The notes under the pieces: model-generated
Databases searched by the model: none
What the model saw: only the letters and a program-made list of their open reading frames with translations
Told to the model about the DNA's origin: nothing
NCBI GenBank assembly: GCA_050273025.1
Contig: CP158635.1
Coordinates: 24,924,001 to 24,988,000 of the forward strand
Reading direction: 5' to 3'
From: Cenococcum geophilum
Taxonomy: Eukaryota
DNA length: 64,000 nt
Translations under genes and position numbers: made by a program
Shown here: positions 27,658 through 41,049 of the stretch, one piece after another
Layout: the number at the start of each line of letters is the position of its first letter
Position numbering within the stretch: the first letter of the stretch is position 1

Positions 27658-28140
27658 CAATAATATGCATAACTAGCTTCCACCCCTCTAAAAAAAAAAA
27701 TTATTTCGCTTTGGTACGCGGGCTCGCTAAATCGCCACCAACTGTATATAGTAATTGTAGTAAATATATATGCCTATACGCAAGGACCTTTTTAGTTGCC
27801 CTAGAGAATCGCCTTAGTTAGCTAGGAGAACCAAACTAAGGATACACGCGCCCTCCCCTCCCCTTTAACTGCGCGCCCCCCTACTATACCGCCAAAACGC
27901 GAATATAAAGCTATTCCTGCAATTGCCGATAAAATTTAGTAATATCGTACTAGTAAAAACCTTACGATATTTAATAAAGATCACGACACTATAGAGGAAG
28001 GCTAATTGCGAAGTCTGCTAGAAGTAAAGTTCTTATAGCTAAGTATAGGCATTCGCTACGATTACTAGCGAGCCCGCGTACCAAAGTGAAATAATATTTT
28101 TTTTTAGAGGGGGGGTGGAAGCTAGTCGTGTATATTATTA
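27658..28140. mobile_element. Tc1/mariner-type MITE (483 bp)
   Basis: ~70-bp TIRs (caataatatgcataactagcttccacccc...gctttggtacgcgggctcgcta and its reverse complement). TA on both flanks (27656-57, 28141-42). Confidence 0.88.
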
Positions 28141-28377
28141 TAGTAGTTCGCTGTTACCTTATACCGGGGAGTAAAATACCCTAACTAAACTATTTCATTG
28201 CCTTTTTGCTAAGGCTTACTCCTTTATTAGCTAAGTCCTTAACTTTTAGTACCGGTCTACGCCAATCCCATATTATATCTTATCTACTTATAGATACTTT
28301 GCCCTATATTAGCTAGTAAACATTAAAGCAAGGCAGCGGCTTAACTACTTTAGATAACATTCTATAAATATAACATA

Positions 28378-29034
28378 ATGCCTTTTAATAAGGATCGTCT
28401 TTACGTCGCCCTTTACGCTCGCAGCGGTGATCCTACTATACCAGATAGAGAAGATAAGTAAGTAACGCCGGAGCCCTTACTCCTCTTAGGTGTAATATAA
28501 GTAAGCGTAAAGGCAGGATTAAAGGCCATTTTATAGCGGTATTATATTATGGCTAATACTATATTAATAACTAGGTATTACTAGGCTCTACTAATTAGGC
28601 TAAAGACTGAAGCCGAAGGCGGAATAGGCACACAATATTATATAAAGGAAAGGCTGATATAGACTGGGGAAATAGAGTGGTACTATAAAGAGCGTAATAC
28701 CTCTCTTACTCTAACTAGTATACTACTTATCCGTATTATAATTGGTAAAGTAAAGGATAGGGATTAGCTCGTAAATGTATTATATAACAACCCTATTAGA
28801 CAAGGAGATTTAGGTTAAAATTATATAATATGGATAAAAGAGGCACTTAAGGGGCTAAAGGTTAATAGGAAAGCCTTAGGTATTAGCGTAATAGAGTAGA
28901 ATTAAGTGCGAGACGGGGTAATGACGTATTATTAGAGAAAGAAGGATTAGCATTATTTTAATAGTTAGGGCGACTTTGATATAAATAAAACCCTAACTTA
29001 TAACTTAATGGACGGCACAGAGACAATTCCCTAA
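28378..29034 (+). pseudogene. DUF6914-like fungal protein
   Basis: MP(S)NKDRLYVALYARGG..., intron, YHWALLIGPK...YHAKER, LLIRIIIGKV, NC..WIKEAL, PTYDL...ETIP stop. Confidence 0.75.
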
Positions 29035-30747
29035 ATATTTATTATAATAAGATTATTAGAATTTATTCTTATTCACCCTAGGAAAAGAGAAAGAGGTCCT
29101 TTAAAAGCAGAGTATTTAGAAATCTCCAAAATATTGCTAACAAATTTTCTCTATAGCTAGTTCCTTAGGTATAGGATTAAGAAATTTATCAACCTTATCT
29201 CGCTAAAAGGAGTTTTATAGATTAACCTAATATACTATAGTGTACTTCTAGTATGGTGGGAACCACCCAGCGGTCTCCTAATTAACGATTTTAATAACTT
29301 TATCTCCACATATAAGAATATTTAAGCTGCTTAAATTACTATATATAAAAACAGGCGGAAGCCAGGGCCCGTTATGTTTGGCTATAAGCTATCTTAGCTT
29401 TAGTTTAAATTTTGGATTAAACTCTAGCCCTTATTATAAATGCTTATAAAAATCTTAAATATATTTAAAGGGTCTATACCGCAAGGAGGGACCTAGGAGC
29501 CGGCAATCGTTTAGAGGCCCGCCGTTAACATTTATAACATCTATACCTTAAAGAGGTATTTTTCGCATCTCTTGGACCATATCTTTAACTTAGGAGAGGA
29601 TCTTTGCCTTCAACTCAGAGCTTTATACTACCCACCTATATCCTACCATTTTTCTATAAATCCTCTCTATTACAATATAAGTCCAATCTTTATGCGTAAA
29701 AGAGTAGAGAACTTTTAGAACCGGAATTAAAGTATTCTAAGTTAGGAATTGCATAGTACATGCTTTAGAAAGGTATTAAAGAGGGCCATATTTAACGCAG
29801 ATATTAGAAGAGAGCATAAGAATAGTTCCGTTACGTTAACGGAAACGCTTTAGTAGCTTAATCGCGAAGAGAATAAGAAAGCGGCGGAGATAGGTATTAT
29901 TAATAGGTTCTAAGTCTAGTAGCAGTATGGAAAAGTCTGTTTATTCCTAAGTAATATCCAATATAGCTATACTAGGTAGCAAGACTAAATAATGGTCTCT
30001 AAGCACTTAGGCCTATAAGATTAAAGCTAACGTTATAAGTAAATGTTATAATCGTAGAAGAGCTAAAAACAGTACAACTAAGGATGCGTTATTAACTTAA
30101 AATGGAACCCCTTTCGTTCTTATACTTCGCCACGCTTTTAATTTAATCTCTTTAGCAACCCTATTAGTAACCGAAATTTAGTAGTGCCTAAGGCAGCAGG
30201 CTTAGCCAAAACGTCGCTAAATTATAACTAGGTAAGTATAGCCGACTTCCAGGTTCCCGTGCTTAAGAGTTACGTAGGTTTAGTTTAGGCCCCGCTTAGG
30301 ATTATTTCTAGCGCATTCTATAAGACATAACTTATTCTCGGACTAGACTCCGCTCTTTAATTTAGGCCGTGTTATTTTAAAGGGCCTTACTAGGTTATAT
30401 TTGCCAAGTTCCTTAAACCGTTACGTATTGTACCTAATTTTCTAAGCCTATTCCTTATAGAGGGTAATAAAGGGTAGTAAAAGAACCATAAACCTTAAAG
30501 GATCTCCGAACGTAATAGAAATCACTCTATATCTACATTTCTTTTATTAGAGCTACTTAAACAAAAGTAAGTTAACACCCTTCCAGCTATATATAATTGG
30601 AGTAATTACTTAATCTATAATCCCTCTCCAAGCTTCCCTTTTTAATTTAGTCACCTATATTTAAGAGAAGGAATAGACCTAAATTACTCCCTTAAATATT
30701 ACTTAAGACGCAGTCAAAACTAAAACTAGGAAAGAAAACCAACGAAA

Positions 30748-31150
30748 TATATCATCTAAAAGTATTCTACTCGGCTTAGCGCAGCTTATAGACAGCGAGA
30801 AATAGCGACTTAAAACTTATATACCAAGGACTAAAGTTTAAAGTCTATAAAGCGATTATATACACCCAATCTCCTATACTTGCAGCCGCCTATAATGGAG
30901 ACTTTTAAGTAAAAGCTAACTAAATATTTAGTGGAATTAACCCTAACTAGGAACTAACTAATAGGTAAAAAGCGGCGACTAACATTATAAGTATTAACGA
31001 GTTTGATTTCGGCACCGTTAAGAGAATAATCCAATTTATATATAAAAAGGACTATAACAATAGTAGGGAGGAGTAAGGATCTAATATTGTAAGTGTAGAA
31101 ACTCTCTACTGGGGTAAGGGATATATTAATCAAAAGTTTAGCTTAAAGGG
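30748..31150 (+). pseudogene. BTB/POZ domain protein fragment
   Basis: SDLKL.CQG.EFKVHKAI.C.QSP.LAAA..GDF, intron, EA....I...D..TVKRMIQF.Y..DY. Confidence 0.75.
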
Positions 31151-32562
31151 TGTGGCGCAGCGCGGCTAACCCTAGGTAGCTCGACAAAGCTACCTTACTA
31201 CATCATAGTTCGAAGACGCGCTATTTCTCTAACTTAGGAGATTTATAAATGCACCGATTGTATAAACAATCTCCTTATAGACGTCTCTCACTTTAATAAT
31301 AGTAAATTTATTATATAATGCCTTAAAGCATCCTACTTTTGTAGTTTTTCCTCCTGCTATTAGCCGCCGGTCTTAGGCGTTTTATTACTAGCCTAGATGA
31401 CCCTTATTAAGACTACCATAATCCCATTTATAATACTAGCCCTAAGGTTATAAAGAAAGTCCAAACTTAGTACGATAGCATTTATTATTCCTTTAACTAT
31501 TAAAACATAGCATTATAGCTTACGACCTTCCTTTCCTCCTCGTTCTTAAAGCGTCTTAAAGTATTAATCTAGATTATAGCTAATTAAGCCAAGACGTACT
31601 ACTTAAACAACGCGGGATAATGGTTTCGACATCTATATAGTCTCGAGAAACTCGTAAGTGGATTAAGAGAACTATTAATAAAGGGGAACGCCTAGCTATA
31701 AGGGGCGCCTAGTTATGTAATACTCTACTATATAATAGTTTTACATAAGGATCCTCTTGTTTAAACACGCCTATTTAGACCACGCTAGTTTATCTAGCGA
31801 TTCGTCTAAGTTAGAAGAATAGTATCGCTTTATAATACTAACATCCTCTAATCTTTTTAAAGAATGATAAAAGGCACTTTGCGACCAAAATTAAGGGAAC
31901 AGCTAACTAGATTACTTAGGTAATGGCAATTATATACCTAAGCTTGCACCTCACTGTTACTAAGGTATTACGTTAGTAAAGAGTACCAATTTAGGTTTTA
32001 AGTTGGTATGATTTATAACCTTTAAAACCTTTTATAACGAAGAGTAATAAGACCCTTAGTATATACTAGCCTTAAGCTATAATAGAGCAGCGCCCAGTAG
32101 GCTTTCTAATTAGGCCAACTTAGAATAGGCTATAAAAGGGGCTTTTAATTATTCGTGTGGTATATAGGTGGTTACGATATATTTTTTACTTTAAATCTAC
32201 TAAATAAGTTTTCGCTGCAGCTATACCTAAAAAACACAATCATATAACCTATAACTCTTCTACTACTTTATATTTCGGCATCGCTTCCTAAAGCTGCTTA
32301 ATTTATTATCGCAACTTAGTAGTATATAAAGAAGGTCTATTTATACTACAGCCATAGCATTCTTAGGATAGGTCTATTTTTCAATTATCTAGCCTATAGA
32401 ATGTTGTTTACGCTATATATATACATTCCTATTTGCTTTTAATAGGTATAGATCTATACTATAACCCTACTTAACCCCGCCAGCTATCCTCGTGGCTCCT
32501 ATACTTACCATCTCTATACCTAATATAACTCATTCTTGTAGCAGTCTAGCCTAAATAATACG

Positions 32563-33560
32563 ATGACTAAAGATAAGAGCGTGCTTTATATATACAGCTT
32601 GACGCGGTAAATCTAGCAAGTTATACCCTATTTTAATACAATAAGTGATGAAATAACAGGTTTAATAAAAAATACTTCTAATTTAGCGAACCTAGTAATA
32701 TCTACTCTTTAGTTAAGTTAATCGCTACACCTTATAGCCAGAGGCCTTTTAAGCTAAAGCCCCATACCTAAACTTATAGAACCGCTCAAAGCCCTTAACA
32801 CGGTATTAGAAAAGCTTACCTAAATATTGACCACAATAAATGCCAAATTTACAGCACTAGAGCTCCCTTTGTGAAGTTATGGCAAGTATTATAAAGAGCT
32901 TAATAAACAGATTAGTTAGGCGGCTTAATTAGGTGCTTATAACTAGGCTATATTCAAGTATATAGGCCAGGATATCTTTGGCTTTATATATACTTTAAAA
33001 ATATACATATCTACTATCGTGATAAAGATAATAGATATTGCGTTATATATTAAAGGCGTACTTATATAAACTAGAGCTAACACTAGCACAAATTTATAGG
33101 CAATATTACGTTTACTAGAGAATGCCTTAAGAAATATAAAGGGCTTATTAAAGACACTCAGTTTGCTATCCTTAAAGAACTAAAAAGTAAGGTTTATTAG
33201 TTAGGTAAAATAAAATAGTAGCTTAGTAAATTAATTTTTCTATTGCACCATAGGTTAATATATAGTTATTTATTAAACTAGTCTAGGCTATCTATCTCCC
33301 GTCTTTCCGAAAGTAAGAACCCGCCGCCGCTATTAAAGGAGTTAAAAAAGTTGTACAACCTATAGCGGCTTAGAGCTATATATACGCGGCAACACAGCTA
33401 ATTTAGTATAGTAGGTACTAAAAGATCTGTCCTTCTAATAATCGCGGGTGAACTTAGAATAGAATATATAATAGTTTAGAAAAGAACTACAGCGGCAAGA
33501 CTTTACTTTAATAGAGTTAAATATATTTATATAAAGGTAAGGCAGATGTTTATAAAGTGC
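32563..33560 (+). pseudogene. HeLo-like/SesA fungal STAND N-terminal domain protein
   Basis: LKALNTVLEKL, ALELPL.SCGK.CKE, DWA.FKYMGQDI.GF..TL..Y.STI, then KYKGLI.DT. Confidence 0.7.
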
Positions 33561-33699
33561 TAAAGTATAAAAGTCTGATGTTACAAGTTATATAGAAATG
33601 GAAGATATAGGTGAAGACTTTTTATAATGTTTATAACGGTCGTCAATCGTATTCCTCCCTTTAATTTATATCTTATTATTGTCTAACTCTCTAAAATAA

Positions 33700-35200
33700 T
33701 ATCTCCATCCCCAAACCTTATCCCTATTAAGTATCTCTTACATTATAGGCCATAGCTTACTAGAAGCTATAACAGTAATACGTTTTAATAAGTTAAGAAG
33801 GAGGAGTATGCTATAGCGGGTGGATATACTAGCCTATAACCTATTAAAGGGACCCTAGCACATCTAATAAATAAAGTATTAGCTAAAAGCAAGGAGATTC
33901 TAAAAAGAGAAAGGAGGTATAGTATATAATACTATTATTAGGCAACAAGCTGGAAATATATAATGACTATTTATACCCAATAATAGTCCATCCTATTACT
34001 AATAGCACTAGCTTCTTAACCTCCTCTTTATTTATCGGTGTTCTTCGTCTTATATTAATTAGTTCCTAAATTTTCCATAGTATAGCTGCATAATAGACTG
34101 CAAGCTATATCTTAGCCTCTATGGCTTTCCCTCCGGCCTCCTTTAGCTCTATAGTATATATAAAAGCAACCCTAAAAGTATATGCGTCCGTCATTGGGCT
34201 AAATATAGCACCATTATTATTATACCTAAAATTCTCGTAGACTCTATAAACATCGTCATTATCGTCTTAGTTAAATGCAATCACAAAGTCCGCCTTTTTT
34301 AATATAGTTAGCCCAAAAATGCCTATAGATAGGAAATCGGAATAAATATTCTAAGATTAACTATATAGCTTAGACGTTAGCAATATAGATTAAAGACCAA
34401 ATAACAGTAGTAAAACTTACACGCTGTTAATTTCTAGGGAAGTAATATCATCCTCCTTAACTACCGCCTTTAGGGCGTCCTAAATAACTCTTGCCCAAGC
34501 ATTCTTATCTTTATTATTATTGTTATATTATTTCGCCCTTATATAAATACGTTACACGCGACTCTAAAAAGACTCTAGCTTATCTATTTCTACTTAACCT
34601 AATTATGTTTTATCTAATTGGTTAAATATATAGGAGCAAATATCGTTTTTAAAAGCTATAGGGTTAGCTTGGCGGAGGCGGCGCTAAACTAGACGCCAGT
34701 TAGCTTCTAGCACATTAAAGTAAAAGAAAGGCCTATAGCAGCATACCTTAAAGTATATTAGAACGAATTCATCAGAAAAGTTTTCGGAAAGTATACCTTA
34801 AAGTTCCTATAACAGAATAATCTAACTTGTGCCATCTAGTTATTAAATACGAATAGGAGGTCTCCCTTATTTAAGTAAGACGCACTAGGTTCGCTTAGGA
34901 CTTTATAAGCCTTTATACTTTATTAACAGACCTATCGCTTTTAATTTTCTCCTTAAGTTAAGTAAAGTAATAGAAGAGGCGTTAATAATAGAGTCTATCT
35001 TAAAAGAGTTGACCGCGGATAATTATAACGATAGGTTAGGTCTAGGGCGGACTTATTAATAGGAGTTTGGAGAGTAATGTATTCGTTTAAGATAAGATTA
35101 AGGGGAAATTTAATATATAGGTTCTTTAAAGTTCTCTAAAGATAATAGGGTGGTATTAACCTAGGCGCGGACGTGGTCTATAATAGTAATAGTAATAATA
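33700..35200 (-). pseudogene. PD-(D/E)XK nuclease-like protein
   Basis: NAWARVI, KKADFVIAF, IELKEAGG..IEA.IQLAV..AA, WTIIGHKWSLYIS. Low-complexity N-terminus. Confidence 0.7.
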
Positions 35201-38200
35201 AGCTTAGCCTTATATAAGAGTTTTAAATAACCGTTGCTTAGGAAGCGAGTTAAAAGGGCTTAAATTATATAACCTTAATACTATATTTAATTAAAGTCAA
35301 AATTGCATTAAATATAACAAGATAGCATGCGAAAGTTAAGCATTAATTCATTCCCTACTGCTAATAAGGCATAAACACTGGTTGGAATGCCCTATAGCGA
35401 TAAGGCAACTGCGCCCGTAAAAAGATAAAAAACCGCTAAATATATAACCTAAGAGATCGCGGACGCTTTATTAATATAACAGACTCCGCAATAAAGACGA
35501 ATATAAAGGAGGGTGGTATTCGCGTCGCTAGGCTTCACTTGTGGTAGGTCCCTCTTTTAAACTGGCCAGTTTGCAAAGAGTACGCCATATATTTAGGTCT
35601 ACGACTATAGTAATAGGAAAGGCACTAAAGGCAGCCGCTGAGCCGGCATAAGAGACAGCTGGCAACGCTTAACTGCTAAAAATAGCTAATACGTGACCTT
35701 TTAAAGACGTTTCTAAAAGAGCGCCACACCTAAAAGCCTATTTGGCATAGCGTAAAAAACAATACGGCTAGCTAAGCATCTAATACTGCACTATATAAGC
35801 GCGCTAAATTCTTATGCTAAGATACCCTATAGGCCCCTTCTTATGGATAAATCCAAAATGTATATTTTTAAGAGCTAAGTGTCTTTAAAAGCTTAGGACT
35901 GTAATAGTTCTATTAATTAAATACTCCGAAGCTTGAAATTTTGTAGAAAGTTATAGTTTAGCAGGGGTATAAAGCTAACGCAATTTTAGATGCTTTGTAT
36001 AACAGCGCTATTATACGTTACCTGCTAAATTCTGCCAAATTCTGCCAACCTATATATTTGTTTACATCGGTCCTAGCGACCCCTTTTCCTTCTCCTTAGC
36101 TTAGTATTTTCGTAATACAGCATTCGTTTAAGCTTTAGTTTAGAGGCATTTATTTAAACTATAACACTTTAAAAAGAACGACTAACAGTATAATTAAAAG
36201 CATTGTATTTTTTAGGCTGTATACTAGTTTCCTAAAGGGAAATATCTAAAGAATACTACTACTATAATTATAACTTAATAAAATCGCGGGGGAGAGAGTT
36301 AAGATGCGTAAATAATAGATTCATTACAGCACGGGTGTTAGCGACTTAGTCAATTAAGGCACGAGCACGGTAAGAGGGACGCATAAGCCTATATAATTGG
36401 ATTGTCTATAAACAAGAATCTAAAGCTAGGGAAAGGAAAAGAGAAGAAGAGTAGCGCCGCTTAATGTTTTATAATATCTTCGCGTCACATAACCGCAATA
36501 TGCGGCAATCTATGGCAACTTATTAGTGCGAAGTTCTACCAAGTTCTGCTAGTGCCGTAATAATGGGGGGTTTTACGCTACTTAGGGAGGGACCTTATAT
36601 ACATAAGGTAGGTGTAGGTAATAGAAACTGGTAGTAAGCAATATAGTAGTAAACTGCCTAATAGCGGAAAGTTTAATAGAATATTCTGTTATAGTGTAAA
36701 AACGTAGCAAGTTAGCTTAGTTTAATTTCCCCCTATAACTAAAACCCTAGCTATTATCTATACTAAAACGCTTTAAATAAAAACGAGGTAGTATTTAATG
36801 ATAGAATGTTCTAAAATCCCCTTACCTTATCTATATTTTTACAAAGACTGATAAATTGCTATATAGAAGGGATATGGCGAGTCTAGGTTTGTATAGAAAA
36901 TCTTAATAAGTGAATAAGTCGCAGCGCTTAAAACAATAGTAATAGTTGATGTCATGACTGCGTCCGAACTGGATGGTACGGTGGTTACTATAGAAATACT
37001 ACTCATCTATAACGTGCTAGGGGAGATTATACTAGAGTCTATTAATTATAAATATAATCTACTAGTAGGTAAAGAAGAGTTAAAAGTAGAAGTATTTATA
37101 ACCTAAGTACTTAATATAGATAAAGTTAGGGAGCCTTGTTGCTTAAAGGCAAAAGCGGAAACCAAAGATTTTAAAAGAGGAAGGACTAAAGGTACTGAGT
37201 AAGGAAAGATTAACTCTAATAATAGGCGGGAAGGTGCATCGGGGGGGGAGGTAGAAGACGATAGTAAAGGAAGAGATAAAGATAACGAGGGAACTAGCGG
37301 CGAAGCCTCTCCCTATAATACCTGTGGACACGCATTACCTATATAAATTTACGGTAGTAAGTATAGCCCTTAGAGAATCTAGGGGATAGTCTTACTTTAA
37401 ACTCCACTCTAAAATGCCCTACTTTGAAGCCCTCTTTAAAGCGCCTTCACCGTATTTAAATTATTAGAGGCGTAAATAAGATTTTCCCCTCCTAAAAAGG
37501 GCATAAGATTTAGCGCCTTTAGCGCTTATATAACTAGGTCATATCCTTTATATATATCTAGGTAGATAATGGCTGTTGAATTATCTATATAACAGCTTAC
37601 CCAAATTTAATCATTTATAGGAAGAGCGGAAGGATCAGCTTGGAGATTAGCAATTAGTAGCGGCGAACCCTAAGGTATAACTAAAACAGACGCTCTAACC
37701 CCTATTATCTTAACGGGAGAGCACGATATATAGAATTTTTGATTTCTAGTGTTATTAATCTAGGTCCTAGAATTATTATTACTAATTTGAGCACAGTAGA
37801 AATAAAGGCCTTACTATATAATAATAACGTTATTTCCTAAAGGAAAATCTTCGGGGACTACAAAATGGTAGTCTTAGTTAATATTATAATGATTAGTTAC
37901 TGTCCCCTCTTCACCCTTTCTAACCCGGGGGCAATTTCCCTTAAAGTTCTAAACTACAACCTACATTATACCTTGATTATAGGAGAATAAAATTTAACAT
38001 AAACCGCCACTATAAGCGGCTCCCTCTATTTGGTTCATAGTAGGGCCTATAGTATTTATAGAATTGAATAGTTTAACACTGAGTGTTAGTAAATGTATAT
38101 CAAGTCTCACCACTAGTTTATTATACTAGAAGGTGATGTTCTGCCTAGCTTACTATATAACTCCTAATTTATTAGCAGCTTTATTATTACTAATATAGTG

Positions 38201-38866
38201 CCCCTTGTATAGAAAAGGCTACTGGCCATAAATCCTAATCCTATTCATTAGTATAACTAATTGCGTAGTATTGGTAAATTTACTCCACTAAAAAGGCGGC
38301 GGATTGCCTATAAAGAGGTATGACTGAACAAGATAAAAGATGGATAAAAGCGCTATAATAATACTCGCTACTATAGTTAAAGCAATGCAGTAAGAGTAAG
38401 GTAAAGGTAAAACTTGATATTTACAGCTAGCCTACCTATGTACACTAATTATTTATATTTAATACGGATATATAAAAGTAATGGCCATTATAAAATAGTT
38501 AGGCCTAAATATATTACTAGTACTATACTAGCTCTAAGACTAGCGAGTTTGCCCGCTAAGTAAGTCTCTAGATTGCGCCTGTTTGCTTAGTGACTTATTA
38601 TATAATTAGCCCTAAGTAAAGGTAAGTTTTAGTTTTAGTTTAGGCCGAGTAATTAATAAATAAATATAGAGCAAGATTTTCTAGCTATAAAAGATTTATA
38701 TTTTCTGCTATAAAAAGCATATATTAAGCTATAATTAATTCCTATATTAAGGGTAACTAAACAGTGAATTTAATTTACATTTTCTTAGTAAGATATTTAA
38801 GATAGTTCCGTAATAAAGATTAGTAAAGAAATGTAGGACTAGACAATTACTAAAGTATCCCGCTTA

Positions 38867-39382
38867 CTAGTACGAAAGCGGAAGAGTCTTAGTGTATAGA
38901 TAGAGTGATATATTAGAATTCCCACCACAAAAAAGAGTATTTTTATTATCGTTTAGGTTATTATATACGCCCGTATAAATAGGTACGCTAGCAATATAGC
39001 TATAAGTTAGGCAGCCTAGGCCACTCTGTATATACAGTTCGTAGGGCTAAAAAGGGCAGGAGTTAGTTACACAATTAATATTTAATATATTATACCAAAT
39101 TTTACCTCCTGCTAGAGTGTATTTAAATTAGGTAATAGGGGCAGAGTCTATAGTTATTTCCGTAATTAAGAGTTTTAACAACACGCCGCTATAACTAGGC
39201 ACTTGGTATATCTTATTATAGATATCAGCAGGCCAAAGAGTAATTATATTAGACGAATGGTCCGCACTAACTAACTAAAGGTAGACTTTAAATAAGCATT
39301 TATTGTAGATTTTGGCTTAAGCAGCTTATATAACAGGAGTGATAGCTAGGATAGCTACGGAAGCCATAGTGAAAAGTTGCAT
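38867..39382 (-). pseudogene. BYS1-domain secreted protein
   Basis: ATG 39382 plus signal peptide; AKIYNKC.FKVYLW.V, GVSLKLS, ITQFEYTL.GGKIWYDISNINC...CPF. Confidence 0.8.
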
Positions 39383-40210
39383 TTTAAGTATTGTTCCGCT
39401 GATAGAGTTAATATTTCGCAGATTATTTCAAATTGTTCTCTGCTAGGGTATAAGGATTAGCGCGTTATACTAAAAGGTTCTAGTATAAGGCCAGGTTATA
39501 ATAGTTGAATATTATTTTTTTACCCTTAATTAAAAAGTAATATATCACCGGTCTTATCGGTCTTATTAGTCTTACCCCCCTATTATATAAACCCTTTATT
39601 AGAATTACGTAGAGTCATTCTCCTTAAAATATTAAATTTCTTTAGTAGGAGTTTTAGTAAGCATATTCTTATCTTTCTGTATTAGGATAATTACAATCAT
39701 CCTACTTACTTAAATCTTTATCCTCTTAAAGATCTAAATATGTATATTATTATCCTTATCCAAAACATAATACTAAGGCAAGTCCGTTGTCATTATATAT
39801 GGGTTCGCATTTCTTAAATAGGCCACTAGGCCTTTTACTGGGCTAAAGATATACCGAAAACGCCCACCGCAGCTTCGTCTCTACCTTTATATAACTTAGC
39901 CTCTGCGCTATCATACCTTTCTAGAGATCCCCTAGATAATAGACTAGATAAAGGTGAAGCCGGAATAGAGAATACTAGGGAGGATTTACGGGAGGATTCG
40001 TTGCTAAATGAAGGCTGATACGAGCATTAAAAAGGAAGGTTAAAGAAGTGAATAGCGCTTAAATATTTGCATAAACTCTCTATAAGTATAGTGATATACT
40101 TTAGAATCTAAATATTATATTTTTTTACGTACTGTTGGTTATATAAGGGGATATCACGTAGCTACGGTTTGTAGATAGTATAATAATTATTCTTCTTTTT
40201 AATAATTCTA

Positions 40211-40280
40211 AGAAAGGGGTGAGGAACTTAAGGTTCCTTACCACGCTAGTGCCGCGGTGGTACGTAATAGCAACTTGCTA
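40211..40280. promoter_or_regulatory. Conserved hairpin-containing motif, copy 1
   Basis: gaggaacttaaggttcctt-accacgctagtgccgcgg, homologous to 54264-54332. The regulatory role is inferred. Confidence 0.4.
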
Positions 40281-41049
40281 TATATAACGGCAATATGCCT
40301 TATATGGTGACTATTTGCCTTTATTCCTAATACGTATTATCTAACCTATCCCTTTATATGGCAACCGTTTCTTGCACTTTTTATATATATACGCCTATAA
40401 GCCTATCTAGAGGCTCTATACTGTATATAGCTTAGTATTAAAGCCTCTAGTTAGTGCGGTTACTTAGCGGCAGGGGTACTGGCGCCTTATTGACGCTTAG
40501 TAAATAGTAGCAAAGTAGCCAGGAAGCCTATATAATATTTAGTATAGTTAATTAAAAAGCTTTAATATTATCGCCGTCTATTTAATCCTTAAATTATTAG
40601 TAAAATGTTATCCTTATACCGCCTAGCAGTAATTTAGTAAACTTTAATAGAGGATTTTCCTATATAATTAGCAGCTGGTTAATGGAAGAAGGGCAGAAAT
40701 CTATAGATATGGCGTTATATATCACGACTTCTTGCTTAACTTCCTTAAATACATATTGGTGTTTTTAGTGGTGGCCTTCTATAACATTTTGTCGGCATCA
40801 CAATATTGACGTGTTTTGGTGGGGATTGCTAATAAAATCGCGCTAGCTAGGGTACCTATAGCATACTAACCCAAACAAAAGCGCTAAAAGCGCCTAATAC
40901 GAAAAGTGACTTCTACCGCACGAAGGGATGGCCTGGCACGTGGATGCGTTATCCCTTATAACTATAAAATATGTCCTATAATTATCGAACCAATTAGATT
41001 AAGTTAAGATGTTTTAATTATTATTTTATCAGTACATGATTACTTAGTA

